Shown here: one piece after another, positions 13,132 through 22,914 of the stretch
Layout of the letters: every line of letters starts with the position of its first letter
Position numbering within the stretch: the stretch's first letter is position 1
Assembly: GCA_030265395.1 (NCBI GenBank)
Contig: JARFYF010000059.1
Span: 21,634,135-21,698,134 of the forward strand
Source of the DNA: Rhina ancylostomus
Lineage: Eukaryota
DNA: 64,000 bases
Reading direction: 5' to 3'
Notes under the pieces: generated by a model
What the model was told of the DNA's origin: nothing
Seen by the model: only the letters and a program-made list of their open reading frames with translations
Databases searched by the model: none
Made by a program: the position numbers and the translations under genes

Positions 13132-13139
13132 TTTGGTCC
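13132..13139 (-). promoter_or_regulatory. miR-133 8-mer target site (GGACCAAA) in the PRDM16 3'UTR
   Basis: Plus tttggtcc is GGACCAAA in mRNA sense, the complement of the miR-133a-3p seed plus A1. Confidence 0.65.
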
Positions 13140-13749
13140 TTCTCTAGGTAATTATATTAACATTTTTAAATCACTCTCATGATAGCTAAGAGTACAAGAC
13201 ACAATACTGTTTCTTATAGAAAAGATATAATGCCTAGGAGAGAGATTTTGGATGCAGTGGGGGAGGGAGAGGGAGAGAATGCAGGCTAATATATACAGGT
13301 TAATTATTGCAGAATTGCCTGCCCTGCTTATTTCTCAAATAACTTAAAATTATAATAGTACAGGATGATGTAAAAGCAAGGATGAACAAGCAGGCTTACT
13401 TTCTTATGGGACCTACATCTCTCTTCCTGCAGTTTGACTGGCCCCTTTGTATTTAACAATTTTTAAATTCTTTTTTTAAGCTGAAGCCCCAATGGTATAT
13501 CTGTGCAAAAATATTATGTAACAGGAATAAATATCTCATGGAATTTAAGGTCAGCAACATAATTCAGTTGTGACCGAAAGAAAGCAAGTTTTGTAAGGCC
13601 TCCTTAGCTTGACAGACAGCGCTGGGGAGGAGATCAGGGGTAACAGTTTTTAGTAGCTTTGCCCTGATATCCCCCAGCTCCTGAGCCACCACAGCTGCCA
13701 CCCATCATTACTGTCTTTCCCAAATACATCAGGGCCATATCTCACTTTG

Positions 13750-13752
<3 letters not shown>

Positions 13753-13792
<40 letters not shown>
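13753..13792. repeat. (TC/GA)20 microsatellite overlapping the stop codon
   Basis: Perfect dinucleotide run. The GA of TGA is its first unit in mRNA sense. Confidence 0.95.
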
Positions 13793-13795
<3 letters not shown>

Positions 13796-13925
13796 CATGG
13801 TTGATTGGATGAAAGGTCCCCGGCTCTGGTGCAGCTCCTGCTATGTTCAGCCAAGCATCCAGAGAGTTCTGGGATGATGGATGGAGAGAAGTATTCTCAG
13901 AGAATGAGAGCATCATGGCATAAGT
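13791..13925 (-). CDS. PRDM16: PRDM16 terminal coding exon (exon 17 equivalent) to the TGA stop
   Basis: CAAACATTGCAG|ACT TAT; TYAMMLSFSENTSLHPSSQNSLDAWLNIAGAAPEPGTFHPINHV*. Matches the PRDM16 C-terminus (SLDAWL...FHPINH). Confidence 0.96.
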
Positions 13926-15534
13926 CTGCAATGTTTGGTGAAGGGAGAGGGAAGAAGAAAAAATATCACATTATTATATACCCTCAAAGTAACAGTCATA
14001 CATTTAATACATACATGTTATTTAAATAACATTTAATATGTTAGATTTAGGAACAGAGAACTGGCATGATAGGCTGCAGAGCCTCCTTCTGTGCTTTGAT
14101 AATGATCCATCTAAATTCTGTGGGGATTTAGCCAATCATCCTCTGTGAGCCCAGTAGATAAAACTCCAGGAAAGGGTGTGAACGGGACTTGCTGTGGGTA
14201 TCCGTGAGACCCCTTGCAGCCCTGTAGCTGCTGGTACTTGTCTCACTTCATTAATAACTAAAGAGGCAGGTTACACCAGTATCTGAGTGGAACAACAGCA
14301 TTATTATATCAAGATGAATAATTTCAAGGTTTCAGCTGTTTTGCCCATCAGTCTTGCCTTTTTTCTTTGGTTCTCTCAGCCAACTCCAGTTGAGGTAGAA
14401 TTCAACATGTCATGCAGCCCTTCAGTGCCTTGTCCATGTAACTATTTGATTCACAGAAAAAAGGGCCAGTTCTCAGCCAATTCTGCCCCCAGCTCAACAC
14501 CTCCAATCAAATTCAGCCCATTTTCCTACAATGATATTTGGGATCAGTTAATTCAAGGTTGGAGCACTAAATCTTCTTGTACCGTAAGGCTCAGTATCTC
14601 ACTAGGTCATCCAACCATTTAACTAGCTATTCAACTGAAAGTTGTAGGTTTGAACACTGTCCTCAGAATCAAGGCATTCTTATGGATATGGAGAAGGAGA
14701 CAAATGTTAATTCCTTTGCCTGCTCGTTTTTAATGTACTTTGTATAGCTGGATGGTCCATGAATGAGAGTGAGACAACTGAGACTTTGCCAATGGCTTTT
14801 GATATCCAGCAACCCAAACACACCTCAACCAGTAGAGAATTGTCAGGAGGAACAGCACAGAATGCCAAAACCCACTTCTCAGGTGGAGCAACATTAGGAG
14901 CAAGATAGTTTCATAAATTAAAACTTGGAAAAAATATGCAGACACATATGCAGGCAGTCTGAGTTACAGCAAGATCAGGAGTTGTATTAGTGAAGCTGTT
15001 AGTAAAAGGCAGGCAAATTTTGAGCATACTCTTATTTTGCTGTGTATCCAAAGATATCTTGGCCTATTCCTGAGTATGTTCAAATGCCAGGGAGTATCAT
15101 GTGTTGACTGTGTGTAGTCAGGGTTTTTCCGATGTGTTTGGATGATTGCTGAGGTATTTTTACACTAGTGTCCAGATAAATCATCACAGTATAAGAAAAC
15201 AAACTTGTATTCTTTTTTTCAAATTAAAATGTTTTTACACATTAAAATATTAAGACTAGAAACTTCAGCTTAATATAATTTTACACCCTGTTTCATGTCC
15301 AGTGATTTAACCTATGTTTGAATGCAAGTTAAGGTTAAGCAGGCCAGCTGAAGTACATTACATAATGTTAATGCCTGCTGATTTTGCCAGCAAGATTTTA
15401 TAACTGACATTCAAAATATGAAAACAAAATTGTGTAAGCAGGCATATATAGTCTGTGGCAAGTGCTCTGTGTTAGTCAAAGGACAGTTGCAGAGAATTTT
15501 GTACAACTGTTTCACATTTCCAAAGGGCCAAAGA

Positions 15535-17285
15535 GTCAGACAGGAAAGAAACAGACCCTTTGACACATCATTTCCATGCTGACCATCAAGTACCTATCTG
15601 TTCTAATCCCATTTACCCTTGATCTGTAGCCTTCTATGCCTTGGTACTTCAAGTTCTCATCTAGATACTTCTTCAATGTTGTAAGAGTACTTGCCTCCAC
15701 CACCCACTCAAACAGTGCATTCCAGGTTACGACCATCCTCAGGGTGAAAAAGTTCTTCCTCAGTTTCTCTCTAAACCTCATCCTTTACTCTAAAACTGTG
15801 CCCTCCTGTTTTAGACACCTCTGCTACCTAGAAAACTTTCCCAATATGTAGCCTCCCATGATTTTGTGTACCTCTATCAGGTCCCCCTTGGTTTCTTTCA
15901 TTCCAATAAAGACAAACTCCATTCTACTACTCCACTGCAAATTCTCTTCCAGGCAAGCCCACTTGAAGAAGTATTTCTTCTCTTTAACGGATTCCTGTGA
16001 GTCCCTCTCTCACTGTTCTCCCTCTGTTGTTTTTACTGCTCTTTTGTACCCAACAGCCTCTGCCTCACCCATTCTATATATTGGCTAGCTTCCCTCTACA
16101 CCCTCAGTCCTGATGCAGTGACTTGGCCTGAAATGTTAACCATCCCCTTGCCTCCACAGATGCTGCTTGACTTGTTGAGTTCTTCCAGCAGTTTGTATTT
16201 TGCTCCAGATAATCCAGTGTCTCCTCATAACTGGAATGCTCTATCCCCAGCCAATATCTCGGTAAATCTCCTCTACACCCTCACCACTGTAATGCATCTT
16301 TCCAAAAGTGTGGTGACCAGCACTGTACACAATACTTCAGCTGTGGCCTAACCGAAGTTTTATACATTTGCGCAATAAGCTTTCATATTCTGTGCCTCAG
16401 CTAATGAAGGCAAGTATCTTGTAAACCATTTTAACCAACTGGTCTACCTGTGCTGACACTCTCAAGGATCCCTGGACTTGTACATTGAAGTCCCTCTTTT
16501 CTGCAATTCCTTGTGTATGTCCCAGCTTTATTAGTCCTCCCAAAGTGCATCAATAGGATTAAATTCCAACCGCCATTGCTTTGCTCAGTTTAGCAACTAA
16601 TGAACAACATCTTGTACTCCAAAAGCATCCTCCTCACTATCAACAACACCACTCATTTTTGTGTTATCTGCAAACTTACTGTTCATACCTCCCATATTCA
16701 CATCCAAATCATTAATGTATATAACAAACAGTAAGGACCCCAGAACCTAAGTATCCCTATGGTACACTGCTAGTTACAGACTTCAGTCACAAAAATAACC
16801 CTTCACCATCACCCTCTGCCTCCTTCTGCCAAGACAATTTTGTATTCAATCTGCCAATTTGTTTTGGATCCCATGGACTCCAACCTTTTGCACCAGTGTC
16901 CCATATGGAACCTTGTCAAAGGCCTTGTAGACTACATCAACCACACTGTCCTCATCAATACATTACTTCTTCAGAAACTGGTCAGACAGGGTCTCTTTTT
17001 GATTAATCCCTGCCTTTCCAAGTGTAGATTAATCCTGTCCCTCAGAATATATTCCAATAACTTCCATTCCACTGATGTCAAATTTATAGTCTTCTCTCTG
17101 CTGCCCATCTTAAACAAAGGTAAAACTTTTGCTGTGTCCACCGTACCTGTGGCCAGTACAAATTTTAAAAAATCTTTGTCGAGGCTCCAGCAGACTCCTT
17201 CCTTGCTTCTCATCTCATCAGCCCCTGAGGATTTATCCATTTTTAAGTCCGCTAAGACATCTAATCGCTTATTTTTAATGATAAT
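15535..17285 (-). mobile_element. CR1-clade LINE (RT plus 3' end), interrupted by a Penelope-like fragment at about 15930-16210
   Basis: RKNFFTLRMVVTWNALFEWVVEASTLTTLKKYLD and LKMDKSSGADE...VLPLFKMGSREK...LTSVEWKLLEYILRDRI. An FADN(D)TK-like RT core lies near 16660. Confidence 0.9.
15930..16210 (+). mobile_element. Penelope-like element 3' fragment with a decayed hammerhead-type motif
   Basis: cagtc-ctgatgc-agtgacttggcct-gaaatgtt-aacc...cctccacagatgctgcttgacttgttgagttcttccagca. Confidence 0.65.
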
Positions 17286-17459
17286 GTATTTTGGAGTTTC
17301 TATTAAATTCAACCCCACCATTTTCCAACACACAGAAATGGTTTTGGAGTGAAATGCACTCTGAAGTTTCCCTTACCATCCACCTGCCTCCCTTCCTCTG
17401 CCTGGTGGTCACCCATTCCTTCTCTGATTGCTTTTCCTTGAGCTACAGGGTGCTCCTGC

Positions 17460-19015
17460 TTCACAGTCTACATTGTACTCAGTAACAGTGAATGTCATAC
17501 TGCTTTGTCATTGTGTATATCACACTTCTCCTTAATACTATACATGTGTTCTGACACAGTGTACATTTACTCCTCTGTACATCTGTTGCAGTGCATGTCA
17601 TATTTCTTTGTGACAGTGCAAGTCCTGTTGCTCATACACTGAATACATTTTACTTCTCCATCATAGCATCTATCATGTTTATCTGTCTTGCTGTTATGTC
17701 ACAGTTTATGTCCTACTTCTCCATCACTATGTAGGTCATAGTGGTAACAGTGTATAAAATATTGTTTGGTCTCAGTGTATTCTAAAGTATTCTTAACATA
17801 ATTCTACTCTATTACAGTTCCACCTGTTGGATCATAGTCAACATCTTCCTGCCCTGTCACACTGAACATCATTCTGCTCCCTCACAGTGCAAGTCATTGC
17901 TGCTCTGACAGAACAGATCAGCTCTGTGACAGTATACTTCTGTGTCACAGTGTACATTCTACTGCTCCTTCACAGTGTACATTTGTACTGCTCCATCAAT
18001 GTATACCTGCTCTGTCACAGCATACATTGGCAGCACAATAGTGGTTAAGTTAATGAACTAGCAGTCAGACTTCTAGTCCATTGATCAACAAACACAGGTT
18101 TCAATCCCATTGTGGTAGTGGGGTGACTTAAATTTGTAATCAATTCAAGGGCATTTAAAAGAAATAGTGACCATGAAACTACAGATTTGTTATAAAAACC
18201 TAACTGGTTCACTGATGTCTCTTAAAGGAAGAAACCTGCTGTCCTTACTATACTGGCCCATATGTGACTCCAGACCAACTAATATGGTTGCCTGTTCAAC
18301 TGCTGCCTGAGTTGAGGTCAATTAGGATGAACAATAAATGCTGGATTATCAGGAATGTCAACTTCCCATGAATAAGTCAATCAAGTGTACCTGCTAGGTC
18401 ACAAGGTATCATGCACTGCTGTGTTACTCTATACATCATACTGCTGCATCACAGTGTATATCCAGCTGCCTTGACAGAGTCCTTACTCTGTCACAGTATA
18501 TAGTCTTCCTCCAATGTAAATCACAATCATCCTTCACAGTGCTCTGTCACAGTATATGTCACTCTACATCTGTGCCATGTTGTGCAAGCATATATATCAC
18601 ACTCTTCTGCCATATGTCATACAGCTCCATCAATGCACATTATCCTTCTGTGACACAATGCATGTCACTCTGCTCTATTAGTGTATATCATAATTCTTTG
18701 TCACAGTGTGCATTGTACAGTTCTATCATGATGTATGTAGTACTGCTCCATCAGGGTACATCTTATTGTTTCATCACATCATACGTTGCATTGGTTCTTT
18801 ACAGTGTACTTGGACTATTTTGTCATAGACTACATTGTACTGCTCTGTCACAGTGTGTGTTCTGTTCTAACATAAGTCGTACTGCTTTTTCATAGAGTGT
18901 ATCATACTGCTGTGCCATAGTGTACATTATAATGATCCTTCACAGTGTAGATCATACTGCTTTGTCAGGGTGTCTGTCGCACTGCTCTGTCACAAAGTAT
19001 GTCATAACATGCAAT
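17460..19015. repeat. Degenerate ~25-bp minisatellite (consensus ~TCACAGTGTACATCATACTGCTCTG), interrupted by a SINE
   Basis: Recurrent tcacagtgta...ctgctctg at ~25-nt spacing, for example 17946-17997. Confidence 0.85.
18028..18377 (+). mobile_element. tRNA-derived SINE with a LINE-derived tail
   Basis: ggcagcac...gtggttaag head, ggtttcaatccc B-box, ctggttcactgatgtctcttaaaggaagaaacctgctgtccttac body, caattaggatgaacaataaatgctgg tail. Confidence 0.8.
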
Positions 19016-19163
19016 TAATCTATTTCATATTGCTCCATCAGGGAAAAAAATTGTTTTCACTCTATGAGCGCCCTTTTACTGTGAAGGCTAAGGGTTATGG
19101 AATAAACATATTGAACAATGTCACTGATCAACAAGAGTGTGCTTCTGGTGAAGAGTACCATAC

Positions 19164-19344
19164 CTGAGTTTTAGCCTGCCTGTACAGTGTCTCTTTTATT
19201 GCTTCGGAGTCTAAGGTGGAATTAAACACTGCAGCCTCTTTCACCTTGTACTGCTCCTCTGCTGCTTTACGCAGGTCCAGCCCTTTTGTGAAATTCGCTA
19301 TCTGGTCCAAGGCCAGCAGCCCAACTTCATCCTCTGCAATACAC
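19164..19344 (-). CDS. PRDM16: PRDM16 exon 16 equivalent (181 nt)
   Basis: TGGCACAG|G TGT; CIAEDEVGLLALDQIANFTKGLDLRKAAEEQYKVKEAAVFNSTLDSEAIKETLYRQAKTQ, then |GTATGG. Confidence 0.95.
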
Positions 19345-20627
19345 CTGTGCCAATGATCAGGGGGAGGAGGGAAGGTGACCCCATGTTAGCCCATCTGGCC
19401 TTACATAACTCAGCCAATCAGAGTCTGTCCTGATGGCTCAATCTTTGCATGCACATGCAAGGGCTGCACAGCACAAACCACATCCACAGCACAGTGATGA
19501 GAGGAGGGGTGGGTGAGTGGTGTTAGCCAAGCATGATGGGATGGAATGTTGGGAACAAGATGAGGCATGTAGGTGAATACAACATCAAAAGGAGGCTCTT
19601 TACTGAGGTTGGTTTATTTAAACTCTTAAAGATTATGCAAAACATTATATCTAGGGCTCAGTCCCATGATTCTATCTGTTTCTATTANNNNNNNNNAATA
19701 GCAGTCTTCATGTGGCTTACAAGGCTTTCGACAATGGGGGCTGAGTTGCAGAACACTGTACTTCCACTAGAATGAAGTGGTGAGCACTGATGGAAAAAAA
19801 TTCATAGAAGGACTTAGTGTTAAATCGTAGGACTTTGTTTCAACAATTATTTGACAAGTATTTGAGTTAAGTAGGTCTGCAGATTGGGCCTTCTGCATAG
19901 AGCCCAATAGGTTTCTGCTTAATTGGGCTAACTGTGCTGTGCACTTGTGGTATGAGTGACTGAAAGTTAATTGGCTCTTTATTGAATGAATGTGACTGGA
20001 CTCCTTCGCTTTTTACATAATGGTGGTGATTGCGATTTGATTGCGTATCTATAAATGGGTATTTGGATGCATTGAGATTTTGTGCTTGACAATGAAAGAG
20101 AGCGTACATTAGACTGGATCCTTCCCCCACCAACTCCAGAAATATTAATCCAATAAATGACAGCTCACATACTGAACAGTGGCTATGCATTTCAGATTGA
20201 AAATGGCAATATAACAAAAAATAATGTTTTGTATGTCTTATACAACAAGGAAGCCTGTTTGACTTAATCCAATTCTGCATAGACAATTACCTGAATGGAA
20301 TGCTTCAGAATTCAAAGCCTAGTTTCAGCACAATTGGCAACAAATTGCAGAGGCAATTGTGATTGTATCAGTCTCCCATCACCCCAGAGTATAGAATCCC
20401 CCTGACACCACTCTTGGTACTTAATCTTAAAGACATAGTTGTGACAGGCCAATTTAAATCTATAGGCTTGATGGTATAAAATAGAATCCACAGAGTATAC
20501 AAACAGTCTGCAGATTCTAATTTAGCTAATATATGTCACCCTTTTGTTGTGCGTAGAATGAAATCTGCAATAACTTCTGAAATACAGAATCCCTCTCTTT
20601 ATTTGTATTATGACACCTCTCCCCATG

Positions 20628-20880
20628 TTTGTGTGTCTGTCTGTTTCCGTGAGTGTCTCTGTGAGGGAAGGAGAGACTGGAGTGTGTGTGTGTATGTAGG
20701 TTTGAATGAAAGTGTGTGTGTGACTGGAGTGTCTGTGTGTGTGAAAGTGTGTGCCCAGTAATTGTGTATGTTTCTGTGTCTGAGTGTGTGGAAGTAAGTA
20801 AGCAAGTGTGTGTGTTGTGTAAAAGAGTTTCTTAGTGTGTATAGACACATACACATGCAGACGCACACACACAAACACAC
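20628..20880. repeat. Degenerate (TG)/(CA) microsatellite
   Basis: gtgt-rich tract followed by a caca-rich tract. Confidence 0.8.
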
Positions 20881-21571
20881 TGAGGGAAACAATATTAAGT
20901 TGGGCACACTTTTATCATCCTCTGCCAGCATCAGGTGCTCTTTTCAGTAACAGCACAAATCAAAAGCAGACGAAACATCATCCTGCACCCCACGTTACTC
21001 TCCAAAGACATTTCCTAATTTTGAGGAGCCCAAGTCAGTAAAAGGGAGGATATGGTTTTGACTAGATTTAGATTCAGTATGTGATATCACTCTGGACTTG
21101 ACTTAGTCACAAGTGCACTTCGCATCTCTAAAAACGTTTCATGTTTATTGCTGGTGTTACCCTGTTAGGTGGCATGTGCCTCACCAATGAAATTTAGCAT
21201 ACAAGAAGTAAATTTCAGTGCTCATGGAGGGATATGACAGTGACTTAAAAGCCTCCTCTACTATCCTTTTGAATGATACATTACTTCAAATGGCGGTGTG
21301 AATGGGGTAGTAGCAGTGTGAATGGGGTAACAGCAATCTGTACCATTTTATTAAGTTTACAAAACAAAGTGGTATGAAACTGCCTAATTTAATTCAAGTA
21401 TTTAATTCAAATTTAAGAAAACAGAACCAGCACACTATGAGATGACCCCATCACCTTGTGGATCTTCTCAGTCCATACTTGTTAAACCAACCATTCTTGG
21501 GGATGGGCAGCATGCTTTTGGCATGAGAACATGAAGAAGAATGTGTGAAGACATTTATGGATTATACAAAC

Positions 21572-21814
21572 CTGTGAGTCTGCTCATACCCCAAGGTGAG
21601 TGGGGCAGGGCGCTCCTCTTCACTTTCTCTGAACGAAGCTCTGGGATCAATCTTCGGCGAAACTGGGTCATCCTGGGATTTTTCCGTCATGCTCTCATCC
21701 TCCTCTTCATCTTCTTCCTCAAGCTCCTCCTCTTCATCCTCATCATCAGCCTCTTCTGTTTTCTGATTGGTCAATGGGTGACCTGCCTGCTGGTGACCAC
21801 TTTGCACCTCATGC
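21572..21814 (-). CDS. PRDM16: PRDM16 exon 15 equivalent (243 nt), acidic domain
   Basis: CCCTGCTTCAG|G CAT; HEVQSGHQQAGHPLTNQKTEEADDEDEEEELEEEDEEEDESMTEKSQDDPVSPK...TLGYEQTH(R), then |GTTTGT. Phases 2/2. Confidence 0.94.
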
Positions 21815-22199
21815 CTGAAGCAGGGAGACAACAACAAATGTTAAGAGGATTAGGTGTTTATTAAAGTAGCAGATGGATTCATCCTAATTCCATAATTCAT
21901 TACATGCTCAGTGTATAACAGCATCATTATATGTGGCGAAAACTGGAAAAGTCAGCAAAATCTGTTTCATTCTGGTTCAGAAGAGAATTAGGCCATTTAA
22001 AAGGTTAACATAGTAACTTTTTTAACTTCTGAAATCTCTGCACGAGAATGTAGCCAAGAATGTAGCCAAGTCTGAATCACCAAGGTGAAGATTGTCTCCC
22101 CCTGGTGGTTCAAACAGTTCCATCTCAAGTTCTCAGTTAACTATTAGTAAACAACACACAACGTATCCTGAGGCTGCTGGAAATGGCGCTGCTGGTTCC

Positions 22200-22495
22200 A
22201 CTTAAACCATCTCTGGTTTACTTTTCTCTTTAGCACCCCCTTTTTAATTTGCATCATGAACCCTCTCATGACCTAATCACTCCTTTGATCTGATTTCCGG
22301 CCTTTGCCTTTGTTCCTCTACTCCCCCTTTTCCATACTTCTGCTGCTTGGCCAACCTGTTCCAGTTGTGACAAAAGTTTACCTTATATGTCAGTTTTGTT
22401 TCTTTTTCTATAGATGCTGTCTGGCCTTCTGAGTGACCCCAATATTTTCCCCTTTTATTTTATGTTTCAGACATCTGTAATATTTTGTTTTTGTG
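22200..22495 (+). mobile_element. Old Penelope-like 3' fragment
   Basis: Pyrimidine-rich lead-in, then ccagttgtgacaaaag...tagatgctgtctggccttctgagt...tttcagacatctgta. Confidence 0.55.
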
Positions 22496-22914
22496 CAGAG
22501 CATTGGTTGGCACTGATGTCAGTGTCAGTTAGGGAGGCCACCTGAGTGGAAAATGAATCTACTGTGCAGCAAGGAGTGTAAGGCTTTGTGTTGGGCACAG
22601 TAAACGGCTTCCTCCTCCTGATTGCTCTGCTGTTCTTGGGAAGGGACTACATGACACTTACATTAGCTCTTTGAAACAGGAAAACATTTATTTCCCCAGT
22701 ACAAATTTCCTTCTTGCAGTTAAACACAAAATTCACCAAAAATAAACAGAAAGAAGCATGAAACTTGCCGAATGTCGTGACACAAAGCATCATGGGCTAA
22801 ATGATGCTTTTGCTCCCTTTCTCCGCCTTCAAACCTCAGGGTGCTGCATCACATAGGATGGTAAAAACCCTCTCATACTTCACCCAAGTGGCTACTTTGT
22901 AATTAACAAAGGAA

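Larger units (their letters stand above)
7258..13790 (-). other. PRDM16: Probable long PRDM16 3'UTR (~6.5 kb)
   Basis: Starts after the stop codon. AU-rich, largely TE-free blocks at about 12100-13700 and 7260-8950. AATAAA at 7281-7276 is followed by GU-rich GTGTGTTTTT. The extent is inferred. Confidence 0.55.

Noticed and set aside
16100-16140. Active hammerhead ribozyme at this or any other copy in the window
   Set aside because: Every copy has substitutions or truncation in the catalytic core, so they are reported only as decayed remnants.
17460-19015. CRISPR-like array (also considered for 52007-52605)
   Set aside because: Contiguous degenerate units with no unique spacers, no cas genes, and a vertebrate intron context.
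21541-21864. Hydrophobic 107-aa plus-strand ORF resembling a membrane protein
   Set aside because: Antisense shadow of the Glu/Asp-rich PRDM16 exon 15.
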